Positions 18,166 through 28,267 of a DNA stretch of 64,000 nucleotides are shown here, piece after piece. Each line of letters opens with the position of its first letter. Position 1 is the stretch's first letter. The translations under genes and the position numbers were made by a program. The notes under the pieces were generated by a model. It did not search any database, had not been told where the DNA came from, and worked only from the letters and a program-made list of their open reading frames with translations. Origin of the DNA: Candidatus Tepidifontimicrobium thermophilum (lineage in GTDB: Bacteria; Sysuimicrobiota; Sysuimicrobiia; Sysuimicrobiales; Sysuimicrobiaceae); NCBI GenBank assembly GCA_031459915.1, contig JAVKHO010000002.1, forward strand, positions 102,597 through 166,596, read 5' to 3'.

Positions 18166-19722
18166 CTACGGGCGGTGCACCAGTACCCAGTCGGACCGCA
18201 CCACCACGCGGTCCTGAGCGTTCGGGACCAGCTCGCCCGTCCGCCCCACGTACCAGCCCGGGGGCGCAGACGGGAACTCTGCAGGCGAGATCACCCGCGG
18301 AGGACGGTCCAAGCGGAAGCGCAGGGCCAAGTACGGGCAGGAGTTCTGGCTGAGAGGCTGCCCGGCCACGTACACCACCGCTTCGCCCGCCGGCAAAGCC
18401 TTGGCCACGGTCCGCAGGCCCGGCTCCGCATCCCACGGACGCAACGCCACGCCGGCCACCGCGTACGCCAGGACCACCGGCCAGAGCACGGAAGACCACG
18501 CCGCCTGACGTTCCCCACCACGTACGAGGTTCCCGCAGCGGACCACGGCCCACGCCACCAGGAGGCTGAGGGCCGCTGCGGGCAGGCGCAGCTGCAGCGG
18601 CGCTGGGAGGAGTCCTGCGGCGGCCACCGGCCCCCCGAACGCCAGCAAGCCGCCGAGGACGCGGCACAGCACCGCGCTCAGGCTCTCCGCGGTACGAAAA
18701 CCACCCCCGCCCGTGACCCACCCCGCCACGAGCAGCGCTGCGGGCAGGACCAGGGGGAGCGCGTAGTGGTCCGTCTTGGTCCGCATGGCGGTGATGGCGG
18801 TGAAGTACACCGCGGCAAACCCCACCGACCACTCCGCGGTCCGGTCTTTCGCCCGCGCCGCACCCCAGCCCGCCACCAGGGCTGCGGGAAGGAGAGGCCA
18901 CCAGGGCAAGAAGCGCCACAGGGCGCTCACCAGGTAAAACGCTGGACCCAGGGGGCTTTCCGCGGCGATCCCTTGCGCGGCCAGGCGGAACAGGAACACC
19001 CCGAAGTGGACGTCGACAAACTTCTGTCCGAACTCCCGCCAGACGAGCCCGTACCACGCGGCGGCGGGCAGGATGCCGGGGATTGCCCGCGCAAGGAAGC
19101 CTGACCGCAGCAGTTCTTCCCGGTGCCGCACCGCGTACGGAAGCGTGGCCAGCACGAACAGCGCCGCCAGCGGGCCCTTGGCCAGGGCCGCCACGCCCAG
19201 GCCCGAGCCTGCGACCCAGCCCCACCTCTCTCCTTCCGCCGCCCGCAGCAGGCCCACCACCAGTCCCAGAAGCCCCACGAAGGCCACGAGGTCCGTCATC
19301 ACCATGTGCTGTAGCTGGACGTACAGGAGCGTGGTGGCCAGCGTGGACGCGGCTACGAAGCGGAAGGCTGCGGTCTGCGGTATTCCCCACCACACGGCGA
19401 AGGGCACCGCCGCGCCCAGCAGCAGCACCGGCAGGCGGGCCTGCACGTCGCCCACGCCGAAAAACCGGAAGGAGGCCGCCACCAGCCACATCAGCAGCGG
19501 CGGCTTGTCCAGGGGCGGGGTGCCGTCGTACCGGGGGACCAGGAAATCGCCGCTTTCTAGCATCCCGCGGGCCATGTGCGCGTAGTACGCCTCGTCGCAC
19601 CCTTGGAGACTGCTGGCCCAGACCCCCGACAGCGTGACCATTGCCACCAAAATACCCAGGGCGGCGAGGTGGCCGCGGGGCACCGCCGCGGTCACACCGA
19701 TCCCGCGAAAACTCGCCAGCAC
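18166..19722 (-). CDS. ArnT-like GT-C glycosyltransferase (GT83/PMT-like)
   Basis: DEAYYAHMARGM, DKPPLLMWL and LAKGP motifs in a multi-TM protein. Exact start uncertain. Confidence 0.85.
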   Translation of the reverse strand: MLASFRGIGVTAAVPRGHLAALGILVAMVTLSGVWASSLQGCDEAYYAHMARGMLESGDFLVPRYDGTPPLDKPPLLMWLVAASFRFFGVGDVQARLPVLLLGAAVPFAVWWGIPQTAAFRFVAASTLATTLLYVQLQHMVMTDLVAFVGLLGLVVGLLRAAEGERWGWVAGSGLGVAALAKGPLAALFVLATLPYAVRHREELLRSGFLARAIPGILPAAAWYGLVWREFGQKFVDVHFGVFLFRLAAQGIAAESPLGPAFYLVSALWRFLPWWPLLPAALVAGWGAARAKDRTAEWSVGFAAVYFTAITAMRTKTDHYALPLVLPAALLVAGWVTGGGGFRTAESLSAVLCRVLGGLLAFGGPVAAAGLLPAPLQLRLPAAALSLLVAWAVVRCGNLVRGGERQAAWSSVLWPVVLAYAVAGVALRPWDAEPGLRTVAKALPAGEAVVYVAGQPLSQNSCPYLALRFRLDRPPRVISPAEFPSAPPGWYVGRTGELVPNAQDRVVVRSDWVLVHRP

Positions 19723-19725
19723 GGG

Positions 19726-20640
19726 CTACGGGACGTCGAACCCCACCAGCAACGGCCCCACGGTGTACGCGTCCTGCAGGGCCACCGCGCGGACCCGGAG
19801 CCCCGCGGCACCGGAACGCTCCACGCGGTCGGTGGCGCGGCGCGCGGAGTCCAGGTCCAGGACCACGAAGGCCGGGCCGGCCACCCGCTGGCCAGGTGCG
19901 GAAAGTACCTTCCCCTGCGCCGTGCGGATCGCTCCTCCCGCCAGGGCCAGCACGGCCTCCCGGATCGCCTCGCGGGGCCCGGGGCGCAGGACCGCCTCCG
20001 CGAGCACCTGCCCGCGCCGGAAGACCAGGTCGTTGTTCACCACCTGCACGGTGACCGGGACCGGAGAGCCTGCCAGCACGTTCTTGGTACTCACCAGCCG
20101 CACCACGACCTCCCGCCGCCGCTGGACCACGATGCGCTCGATGGCCTCCCACGACAGGCCCGGGGGGTCCGGCAGGAGGACGTTGCCTGACGGATCGCGT
20201 CCGGCCCCCTGGGAGGTGACGAACTCCACCGCCTCCTGGCGGATCCGGAAGAACCCCCGCCGCACCTCGTCCAGGCCCCGCCGGCCGTCCAGCAAGCCCC
20301 GGGCCACTTCCTGACCCCGCAGCACCGCGATGTCGCCCTGCTCCAGTGCCCGGATCTCTGCCCGCAGCAGCTCCGCCCTGGCCTCCAGGGAACGGAGGGT
20401 CTCCCGCAGCTCGAACAGCGCCACCCGCGCGTCCCGGGAAAACGCCAGCACCGCCCCGACGGTCACCAGGTTGATCAGGACACCCGTGACGACGCTGACG
20501 ATCTGGGCGGTGGTCCGTGGCCGGAGGCCGAACAGGCTCAGTCGGTTCTTGCCCACGCGCCGGCCCACCGCGTTTCCGGCCCACGCGATGAGCCCGCTGG
20601 CCACCACCAGCACCGGGATCAGCAGGAAGCCGACGTCCAC
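19726..20640 (-). CDS. DUF3084 domain membrane protein
   Basis: GLIAWAGNAVGRRVGKNRLSLFGLRPRTTA signature, two TMs and a coiled coil. Confidence 0.82.
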   Translation of the reverse strand: MDVGFLLIPVLVVASGLIAWAGNAVGRRVGKNRLSLFGLRPRTTAQIVSVVTGVLINLVTVGAVLAFSRDARVALFELRETLRSLEARAELLRAEIRALEQGDIAVLRGQEVARGLLDGRRGLDEVRRGFFRIRQEAVEFVTSQGAGRDPSGNVLLPDPPGLSWEAIERIVVQRRREVVVRLVSTKNVLAGSPVPVTVQVVNNDLVFRRGQVLAEAVLRPGPREAIREAVLALAGGAIRTAQGKVLSAPGQRVAGPAFVVLDLDSARRATDRVERSGAAGLRVRAVALQDAYTVGPLLVGFDVP

Positions 20641-20732
20641 CCCGCCCGCCTACGCGCCGAAGTCCGCGCTGGCCGGGCCGCGGCCCGGCCGCCGTCCACC
20701 TCAGGATACAGGGGCTCGGCCGCCGCGCCCAC

Positions 20733-21419
20733 TCAGCGCCGTGCCGAGTGCAGGCGCCACAGCAGCCGCAGGTAGTTCCACACCTCGCCCGCACCCAGCT
20801 TGCTCCGCCCGCCCCGGCGGTCGGTGAACACGTAAGCCACTTCCACCACGGACCGTCCCCGGTTGCGCACGAGCACCTCCAGGAGGATTTTGTACCCGAT
20901 CCCCTCCAGGGACGGGTCCAGGAGCAGCTCCCGGCGGGCCGCGAAGAAGCCCGAAACCGGGTCACTCACGCGCTCGCGGAGCCACAGCCGCGCCAGGGCC
21001 ACCGCTACCCGGCTCATCAGGCGGCGCCGCCACGGCCAGTCCCGCACCCCGCCACCGGGGACGTACCGCGACCCCACCGCCAGCTCCGCGCCCGACCGGA
21101 GCGCGTCCACCAGCTCCGGCACCACCTCCGGCGGGTGCGACAGGTCCGCGTCCATCACCACCACCCACCGCCCGGAGGCCGCCCGGGCGCCCTCCAGCAC
21201 CGCGCTGCCCAACCCCAGTTTGCCGGGCCGCTGCAGCACCCGGACCGGGTACTGCCGGCCGAGCTCCCGTGCCAGCTCCGCGGTCCCGTCGGGCGAGCTG
21301 TCGTCCACCACGACCACCTCGTAACCGCTGCCCAGCGCCTGGTGCAGCCGGCCGACGAGCTCGGACAGAGTTTCGCGCTCGTTGTAGGTAGGAACTACGA
21401 CGGAAACCTCTACGGACAC
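20733..21419 (-). CDS. GT2 polyprenol-phosphate sugar synthase (DPM1/Ppm1/ArnC-like)
   Basis: VVVPTYNE, VVDDSSPDGT, MDADLSHPP, GSRYVPGG and DPVSGF. GTG start at 21419. Confidence 0.9.
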   Translation of the reverse strand: MSVEVSVVVPTYNERETLSELVGRLHQALGSGYEVVVVDDSSPDGTAELARELGRQYPVRVLQRPGKLGLGSAVLEGARAASGRWVVVMDADLSHPPEVVPELVDALRSGAELAVGSRYVPGGGVRDWPWRRRLMSRVAVALARLWLRERVSDPVSGFFAARRELLLDPSLEGIGYKILLEVLVRNRGRSVVEVAYVFTDRRGGRSKLGAGEVWNYLRLLWRLHSARR

Positions 21420-22990
21420 CGCACCACCCGCCCCTCGGGTTTCTCCAGGACCTTCCAGCCCCGGAGTTCCTGGAGCGTCCTGAACCCGTCCACCGCTGGC
21501 CGCAGCTCCTGCAAGCGCGCCTGGGGCGCCACCAGCACCACCCGCCGGGCTCCTGCGGCGCACACCTCCCGCCGGACCGGCTCGGGGTCCAGGTACGCCC
21601 GCCAAGTGCGGCCCGAGTAGAAGACCAGGCTGTTGGGGACCCAGTACGCCACCCGCACCTCGTCCCCCCGCGTCCACGCGGCCGCGGCGTGAGCGACCTC
21701 GCGGTGGGGCCGGTGGCGGTCCACCTCCGGCATCACCTGCCAGGCGAGCAGCAGGAAGAACGCGACAGCTCCTGAAGCCAGGGCCGTCACCGCGGCGCCG
21801 GTGTTGCCCCGCAGGCCGAAGGCCGCCCCTCCCAGCACGCCGGCGCCGAAAACCAACAGGGGAACCGCCACCACGGGGAACACCGCCCGCGACTCCGCCG
21901 GGTACAGCCACAGGCCGTACGCCGCCACCGCGGCGCAGAAAAGCACCCAAAGCCCGGCGAGGGCCGCAAACCCCCACCGGAGCTTTCCGGGCCGGTCCCA
22001 GAACGCGTCCAGCGCCGCGCCCGTGGCCACCGCGGCCAGGGGGTAGAAAGCCAGCACGTAGTTAGGCAGCTTGGTGCCCGCAGCGCTGAAGAAAACGAAC
22101 ACCACCGCGCACCACACCAGCGGCATTGGCTCGCCACCTCTCCGGAACAGGTGGGGCCACGCAAGCCACAGGGCGTTCCACGGAAGCCCGCCCAGCAGGA
22201 GGACGGGCACGTAGTACCAGAGCGGTCCTGCCTGGTTCTCCACCACCCCCACGAACCGGTGCACCGTGTAGTAGCCCAGCACCGACCTCAGAAACGGCGC
22301 GCCGTGCCGCAGGTAGCCTGCTGCGTACCAGCTCAGGCCTACGAGCCCGTACAGCGCCAGGCCCGCGGCCCAGGGGATCTCCCGCAGCCTGCGCAGCTCG
22401 CGCCGCCACGCCAGGTACGCCAGAGCCGCAAGGCCGGGCAGGACAGCGGCCACCGGGCCCTTGGTCAGGGTGCCTAGACCCGCGCAGACGAACGCGGCCA
22501 GGTAACCGGTCCGCCTGCCCCGGTAACCGGTCCAGAAACCCAGCAGCGTCCCCAGCATCCAGAAGACGAGGACGCTGTCGAACACCGCCAGGCGGGACTG
22601 CGCGAACCACTGCAACGTCGTGGCCACCACCAACCCGGCCAGCCAGCCCGCCCGCGGCGAGAACCACGCGCGGCCCAGCAGGGCGGTCAGCGCCACCGCG
22701 CCCGCGCCGAAGACCGCGGACCACACCCGCGCGGTGAACTCCGTCAGGCCGAAAAACCGTGCCGTGGCCGCGACCAGCCAGAAGTACAGGGGCGGGTGGA
22801 CGAACCACGGGTCGCCGTTCCAGCGCAGGGTCAGCCAGTCGCCCGTCCACAGGATTTCCCGGGCGACCTGCGCGTACTTGGTCTCGTCCTGGTCCCACAG
22901 CTTCGACGCGCCCAGCCCGGCCAGGTTCAGCGCCAGGGTGCCGGCCACCACCGCCAGGTACGGCCACCACTCGTGGAGACGGTTCCACAC
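21410..22990 (-). CDS. ArnT-like GT-C glycosyltransferase (second copy)
   Basis: WDQDETKYAQVARE, HPPLYFW, LTKGPV and TKLPNY. GTG start at 22990; the ORF-track extension overlaps the next gene. Confidence 0.88.
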   Translation of the reverse strand: MWNRLHEWWPYLAVVAGTLALNLAGLGASKLWDQDETKYAQVAREILWTGDWLTLRWNGDPWFVHPPLYFWLVAATARFFGLTEFTARVWSAVFGAGAVALTALLGRAWFSPRAGWLAGLVVATTLQWFAQSRLAVFDSVLVFWMLGTLLGFWTGYRGRRTGYLAAFVCAGLGTLTKGPVAAVLPGLAALAYLAWRRELRRLREIPWAAGLALYGLVGLSWYAAGYLRHGAPFLRSVLGYYTVHRFVGVVENQAGPLWYYVPVLLLGGLPWNALWLAWPHLFRRGGEPMPLVWCAVVFVFFSAAGTKLPNYVLAFYPLAAVATGAALDAFWDRPGKLRWGFAALAGLWVLFCAAVAAYGLWLYPAESRAVFPVVAVPLLVFGAGVLGGAAFGLRGNTGAAVTALASGAVAFFLLLAWQVMPEVDRHRPHREVAHAAAAWTRGDEVRVAYWVPNSLVFYSGRTWRAYLDPEPVRREVCAAGARRVVLVAPQARLQELRPAVDGFRTLQELRGWKVLEKPEGRVVRCP

Positions 22991-23064
22991 AGCAGAGCGG
23001 GACCGCCAGCAAGGCGCGGTCCGGCCCCTCGGTGCAGGCACGACCGGTCGCGAGAGGCTGCGGT

Positions 23065-24210
23065 CTACCGGTGCCGCCAAACGATCCACGCGCCGCAGGC
23101 CGTGGCCAGCAGGTTGGGTGTCCATGCAGCCAACCACGGCGGCATCCGTCCCGCCTGCCCCAGCAGGGTGGTGGCGGTGATCAGCACGTAGTAGGTGAGG
23201 ATGGCCACGACGGCCAGTCCGAAGCCCATACCCCGCCGGCCCGCTTCCCGTCGCGCCACCGCCAGCCCCACCCCGAGGACGGAGAAGGCCAGCGCGGCCG
23301 CGGGCAGCGCGAACTTGCCGTGCCAGTCCACCTCCAGCCCGCGCGTGGGCTGCCCGGACCTGCGGCGCCGCTCCACCTCTGCCCTGATCTCCCACGTGCT
23401 CATCTCCCCCGAACTGCGCGCCGGCGGGGCGATCTCCGCGGGCGTCCTGGGGATGCGCAGGAGCATGCGCTGGAACTCGCTCAGCACAGCGCCCTCTTCC
23501 ACGGAAACCATGCGGCCCCGCTCGAAGGACCAGCCCTGCTCGGTCCACCGGGCGCGCTCGGCCTCCACCACCCGCACCACCCGCCCGTCCCGCTGCTCCT
23601 GGACCGTCACGCCCTCCAGGGTCCCGGCCTCCAGGTCCAGCCGGTCCGCGGCCACCACCAGCACCGCGCCCTCGGGCGTCCGCTCCCGGAACAGGATTCC
23701 GTGGCGGACGGAGCTGCGGACCGCCGACGCCCCCACCCGCGGCAGGACGTCGATGTACCGCTGGGCGGCCGCGGGGACCAGCACCTCGCCCACCCAGAAA
23801 GTGACCACGGTGGCGGCTGCGCCCAGCACCACCGCCGGCACGGCGATGCGGGCCAGGCTCACGCCCCCGGTCTGCATGGCCTCCAGCTCCCGGGCCTCCC
23901 GCAGGCGGCCGTACGCGAGGATCGTTCCCAGCAGGGTGGCCATGGGCACGCAGAAGAACAGGACGTACGGGGTGCGGTAGGCGAGCAGCTCCAGCAGCAC
24001 CTCCGCGGGGACACCCCGGTCCATGAGCAGGCGGCCCAGGTAGAAGAACTCGTTGCCCACCAGCAGGGCCCCGAACACCGCCAGGCCGAAGCCCACCGCG
24101 GCCAGCAGTTCCGCGCCCACGTAGCGGTCCAGAAGGGTGGGCCAGGGCTTCCACCGGGCGGTACCTGACGCGGTCACCGCGGCGTCCAGGGATCTCGGAC
24201 GGCTGTCCAT
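23065..24210 (-). CDS. LptF/LptG family LPS export permease
   Basis: LLDRYV, ELEAMQTGGVSLARI and LAAWTPN; 3+3 TM helices around a jellyroll domain. Confidence 0.9.
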   Translation of the reverse strand: MDSRPRSLDAAVTASGTARWKPWPTLLDRYVGAELLAAVGFGLAVFGALLVGNEFFYLGRLLMDRGVPAEVLLELLAYRTPYVLFFCVPMATLLGTILAYGRLREARELEAMQTGGVSLARIAVPAVVLGAAATVVTFWVGEVLVPAAAQRYIDVLPRVGASAVRSSVRHGILFRERTPEGAVLVVAADRLDLEAGTLEGVTVQEQRDGRVVRVVEAERARWTEQGWSFERGRMVSVEEGAVLSEFQRMLLRIPRTPAEIAPPARSSGEMSTWEIRAEVERRRRSGQPTRGLEVDWHGKFALPAAALAFSVLGVGLAVARREAGRRGMGFGLAVVAILTYYVLITATTLLGQAGRMPPWLAAWTPNLLATACGAWIVWRHR

Positions 24211-24211
24211 C

Positions 24212-24958
24212 TCACATCCGGAACCGCTCGCCCAGGTAGAAACGCCGGGCCTCCTCGCTGCGGAGCAGGTCCTCGGAGGTTCCCTCCAGCAGCACCCGGC
24301 CCTCGTACAGGATCAGGGCGCGGTCGGTGATGGTCAGGGTGTCCCGCACGTTGTGGTCGGAGACCAGGATCCCGATCCCCTGGGCCCGCAGGTAGGCGAT
24401 CATGTCCTGGATGTCCTCGATGGACTTGGGATCCACACCGGTAAAGGGTTCGTCCAGGAGGAGGAACCGCGGGCGGATGGCCAGGGCCCGTGCGATCTCC
24501 ACCCTCCGCCGTTCGCCGCCCGAGAGGGTGTAGGCGGGCTGGTCCCGGAGGTGCGAAAGGTGGAACTCCTCCAGCAGCGCCCGCACCCGCTCCTCCCGGT
24601 CCGCTTTCCCGAGGCCCTGCTGCTCCAGGATCAGCTCCAGGTTCTCCGCCACCGTGAGCTTGCGGAACACCGAGGGCTCCTGCGCCAGGTAGTGGATCCC
24701 CGCCCGGGCCCGCAGGTGCACCGGGAGGTGGGTGATCCGCCGGCCGCCCAGGTACACCTCGCCCGCGTTGGGCCGGACCAGGCCCACGATCATGTAGAAG
24801 GACGTGGTCTTTCCCGCGCCGTTGGGCCCCAGCAGGCCAACCACTTCCCCAGGCCGCAGGGTGAGGGTCACCCCGTCCACCACCGCGCGGCGGCCGTACC
24901 GCTTCACGAGCCCCTCCGCACGGAGCACGCCGTCGGTCAGCTCAAGGGTGGACGACAA
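24212..24958 (-). CDS. lptB: LPS export ABC ATPase
   Basis: GPNGAGKTTSFY, YLAQEPSVFRKL, LSGGERRRVEIAR and SDHNVRDTL. TTG 24958 follows GGAGG. Confidence 0.95.
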   Translation of the reverse strand: MSSTLELTDGVLRAEGLVKRYGRRAVVDGVTLTLRPGEVVGLLGPNGAGKTTSFYMIVGLVRPNAGEVYLGGRRITHLPVHLRARAGIHYLAQEPSVFRKLTVAENLELILEQQGLGKADREERVRALLEEFHLSHLRDQPAYTLSGGERRRVEIARALAIRPRFLLLDEPFTGVDPKSIEDIQDMIAYLRAQGIGILVSDHNVRDTLTITDRALILYEGRVLLEGTSEDLLRSEEARRFYLGERFRM

Positions 24959-25742
24959 CCCGAGACCTCCCGGTAGCCGCCAGAACCCCGCGCTCCCAGG
25001 CGTAGCGCACCTCGTCCGCCCGCAACTCGTCCGTACCCCGCCGGGCCACCACCTGGCCCCGGAGGATGGCCACACGCTCCCGCCACAGCACTTCCGCCTC
25101 GTGCCCTCGGGCCACCCCCTCCGGGTCTTCAAGGCGCACTCCGCCCTCGGCCTTCAACACCTGCGCCCGGAGGTCCGCCCGCATCGCACCTGCCACAAGC
25201 CGGACCTCGCGCCACCTGACCACGGGGTCCCCCGAGGCCACGGCCACCTCCGCCCCACCGTCCACGAGGACTTCCTGCGCCTCCAGCCCCGCGTCCGCCC
25301 AGCTCACCCGCGCCCCGCCTGACGCCCGAGCCGTGCGCCGGCCGAAGTCCACGTGGGCCCTCGGCGCGGCCAGGCGCACCGTGCCCTGACCCGTGAGGTA
25401 GGCGGCGTGTACGCCGCCGTCCAGCACCGCCCGCCCCTCCCGCACGGAACCCTCTGCCCGGTCCGCCCGCACCTCCAGCTCCGCCCCGCGCTGCACCCGG
25501 ACGCCTCCGGTGGCCTCGAACTCGCCCTGCCGGGCCCGGTACCGGACCGTACGGGCCTCCACCACCAGGTCGCCCCTCCGGATCCGAACCGGATCGCCCT
25601 CCAACCACCAGGTGTCGGACGCCGCCTCGTACGTGGCCCGCAGCGCGTCCTCCACCTCCACCGCCTGCGCCCACGCCGACCACGGCCAGGCTGCCAGCAG
25701 CACCGCCGCGGCCCCCCACACCAGCCACCGGGCGGGCCTCAC
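24942..25742 (-). CDS. LptA/OstA-like periplasmic jellyroll protein
   Basis: Signal peptide AWA-QA and repeated A.GGV.. OstA beta motifs; lies between lptC and lptB. Confidence 0.75.
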   Translation of the reverse strand: MRPARWLVWGAAAVLLAAWPWSAWAQAVEVEDALRATYEAASDTWWLEGDPVRIRRGDLVVEARTVRYRARQGEFEATGGVRVQRGAELEVRADRAEGSVREGRAVLDGGVHAAYLTGQGTVRLAAPRAHVDFGRRTARASGGARVSWADAGLEAQEVLVDGGAEVAVASGDPVVRWREVRLVAGAMRADLRAQVLKAEGGVRLEDPEGVARGHEAEVLWRERVAILRGQVVARRGTDELRADEVRYAWERGVLAATGRSRVVVHP

Positions 25743-26305
25743 TGTCGGTCCCCCGCGATCACGTGCACGGCACCGTGTAGCCGCGCGCGACGCAGGGCCG
25801 GCTCTGACTCCAGCCAACCGGCGGACACCGTCCACCCGTCCCAGCGCAGGCGCACGCCGCCCGTGGCCACCAGCAGATCCTCCGCCGGCTGGTACGTGAC
25901 CCGCTCCGCCACCATCCACCGGCCCTCGCCCGCCACCACCCGGACTTCGCGTTCCAGCTCCACACGGTTGTCGCCCCGGCGGTAGGTGACCCTCCCGGCC
26001 TCCACCTGCACCCGCGTGCCGTCCTCGGCGATCAGATACCCCCGGGGCTGTCGCGCGGTCACCCTCCGCTGCCGGTCCACCAGCACGGAGGGTGCACGCA
26101 GCTCCCACCGCACGCGGCCGCGGGCGTCCGTACCCACCAATCGCGTGCCCTCTACCTCCAGGAAAGCGTCCCGCGGTGGCGCCGACGCCGCCGAAGGGGG
26201 CGGCGCGGCAGGCCGGCCGCAACCCGTCAGAAGCCAGGCCACGGCCGCCGCGGCCGCCAGCCGGACGCGCCTGTCATGGTACGCCATGAGTCCTGCAGCC
26301 ACCAA
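25739..26305 (-). CDS. LptC-like protein (lipobox LLTGC)
   Basis: GRVRWELRA motif and jellyroll strands; position before lptA-lptB. Start uncertain. Confidence 0.7.
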   Translation of the reverse strand: MVAAGLMAYHDRRVRLAAAAAVAWLLTGCGRPAAPPPSAASAPPRDAFLEVEGTRLVGTDARGRVRWELRAPSVLVDRQRRVTARQPRGYLIAEDGTRVQVEAGRVTYRRGDNRVELEREVRVVAGEGRWMVAERVTYQPAEDLLVATGGVRLRWDGWTVSAGWLESEPALRRARLHGAVHVIAGDRQ

Positions 26306-27479
26306 ATGCCAGCACCCGCGCCACCTCCTGGGCCGCGCGGTCGGCCGCTCCCGGAGGGCCCAGGGCCTGCGCCACCGTCCGCAGCTGCCGGCGCACCTCC
26401 TCGGCCCTCGCAGGGTCGCTCAGTAGCTCCTGCAACGCGTCGGCCAGCGCCTCCGGCCGGCAGTCCCCCTGCAAAAGCTCCCGGAGCACCGGACGCCCGG
26501 CCATCAGGTTGGGCAGGCTGACCCAGGGCACGGTGGCCACCCGCCGCGCGATCCACTCCGTGGGCCTGGACACCCGGTACAACACCACCGCAGGTGTACC
26601 GAGCACCGCGGCTTCCAGGGTGGCGGTCCCGGAGGCCACGGCCGCAGCCCGTGCGTGTGCGAGGAGGTCGTGGGTCCGGCCCACCGGCGCCGGTACCTGC
26701 ATCCCACAGCGCCGGAGGATCTCCCTCACCGCCGGCCGCAGAGGTTCCGAGGCCACCGCCACCGCCGCCTGCACGGCCAGACCCCGTTCGCGCAGCAGGC
26801 GGTAGGCAGCCAGCTGCACCGGGAGCAGGCTGCGCACTTCCTGCAGCCGGCTTCCCGGAAGCAAGGCGAGCAGGGGCACTCCAGGCTGCAGCCCCAGCTG
26901 CTCCCACAGACGGTCCCGCGGGACACTGGATCCCACCAGGTCCGCCGCGGGGTGGCCTACGAACACCACGTCCGCGCCCGCGGCGCGGTAAGCCTCGTAC
27001 TCGAAGGGGAAGGTAGCCAGCACCTTTACGGGCAGGCCTGCCAGAACCCTGGCCCGCTGACCCTTCCGCCCGTAGGTCATAGGCGGGAAGTAGTACACGG
27101 TCGGTACCGACCGGCAGGTGGCTTTGGCCACCCGCACGTTGAAACCCGGGAAGTCCACCAGAACCAGCACGTCCGGCCTCAGCTCCCGCAGCAGGCCCAG
27201 GACCCGGCGGAACCGGAGGGCGAACAGGGGAATGCGGACGTACGCCTCTAAGTACCCCACCACTGCCCAGTCCGAAGTGTCGAGCACCAGCCGCACGCCC
27301 GCTTCCGCCATCCGCGGGCCCCCGGCTCCCACCAGCTCCACTTCGGGCAAAAGCCACCCCAGGGCCTTGGCCAGGTGCGCGGCCTGGACGTCCCCGGACG
27401 CTTCCCCCGCCAGCAGGAAAACCCGGCCTGTGCGGCTTTCCCCCCGGGCGGGAACCACAGACTGCGCCTGAACGCTCAC
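26274..27479 (-). CDS. lpxB: Lipid-A-disaccharide synthase
   Basis: AGEASGD, VDFPGFN, FPFE, VGHP, LPGSRLQE and SGTATLE. Confidence 0.96.
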   Translation of the reverse strand: MSVQAQSVVPARGESRTGRVFLLAGEASGDVQAAHLAKALGWLLPEVELVGAGGPRMAEAGVRLVLDTSDWAVVGYLEAYVRIPLFALRFRRVLGLLRELRPDVLVLVDFPGFNVRVAKATCRSVPTVYYFPPMTYGRKGQRARVLAGLPVKVLATFPFEYEAYRAAGADVVFVGHPAADLVGSSVPRDRLWEQLGLQPGVPLLALLPGSRLQEVRSLLPVQLAAYRLLRERGLAVQAAVAVASEPLRPAVREILRRCGMQVPAPVGRTHDLLAHARAAAVASGTATLEAAVLGTPAVVLYRVSRPTEWIARRVATVPWVSLPNLMAGRPVLRELLQGDCRPEALADALQELLSDPARAEEVRRQLRTVAQALGPPGAADRAAQEVARVLAFGGCRTHGVP

Positions 27480-28267
27480 GGGGTCAACCCGACCACAGCA
27501 AGGTCCAGCTGCCGGGCTGCAGCGCGGAGCGCGGGTAGGTCCAGCAGCAGGGTGGCCCCCGCCTCGACGCCCAGGGCGGTGGCGCCTGCCTCACGCATGG
27601 CGGCCAGGGTCTCGGGCCCCACCACGGGAGGGTCGAACCCGGGGTCGCCCTGTGGCCACGCCACCTTCACCACCACCGCGCCCGGCCCGAAGGCCGAGCA
27701 CCTCCGGACCATCGCGTCCGTGCCCTCGGCGGCCTCTGCTGCCAGCACCACGCCGTCGCGCACTGCCACCGCCTGCCCCACACCCGCCGCAGCCACTAAC
27801 CTGGCCACCCGGAAGCCCAGCGCCAGGTCGTCCCGTTCCCGCTGTGTGGGCGCACGGCCCGCCACCGGTCCCTCTTGGGCCACCAGGTCCGGGACCAACG
27901 CCGCGGGCGCCAACACGGAAAAGCCCCGGTCCTCCAGCAGGCGCCGCACCGCCCGCCACAACTCGGGGTCGCGGCCGTCCCGCCGGCCCGCCAGCTCCCT
28001 GACCCCGGCCGCGCCGCGCAACGCCTGCAGTTTGTCCACCTTCCCCGCCATCACCAGCTCTCGAACCCGCTCCTCCTCGAACACCTTGAGGGCGTCCAGA
28101 GCCCTCGCCACGGGCACCGACTCGTGACGGTCACACAGCTCCTCCAGCTGCGCGGGATCTCCGTCGAGCTGAACGCACACGACCCGACGCCCACCCGCCC
28201 GCAGGCGCCGTGCCAGTTCGCGGGGCAGCGCTCCCGCGCCCGCCACAAGGCCCACCGGTGGAGTCAC
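27476..28267 (-). CDS. lpxI: UDP-2,3-diacylglucosamine pyrophosphatase LpxI
   Basis: GLVAGAGALP, GQAVAV, EAAEGTDAM and FDPPVVG; lies between lpxA and lpxB. Confidence 0.88.
   Translation of the reverse strand: MTPPVGLVAGAGALPRELARRLRAGGRRVVCVQLDGDPAQLEELCDRHESVPVARALDALKVFEEERVRELVMAGKVDKLQALRGAAGVRELAGRRDGRDPELWRAVRRLLEDRGFSVLAPAALVPDLVAQEGPVAGRAPTQRERDDLALGFRVARLVAAAGVGQAVAVRDGVVLAAEAAEGTDAMVRRCSAFGPGAVVVKVAWPQGDPGFDPPVVGPETLAAMREAGATALGVEAGATLLLDLPALRAAARQLDLAVVGLTP

Noticed and set aside
18101..20965. 954-aa ORF and other long G/R/P/A-rich ORFs (e.g. 40045-42312, 59167-61419, 52014-53972)
   Set aside because: High-GC off-frame artefacts overlapping genes with clear family motifs.
21410..24154. 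Apparent 914-aa fusion glycosyltransferase
   Set aside because: The N-terminal 390 aa are an off-frame read of the lptF/G gene; the real ArnT-like gene starts near 22990.
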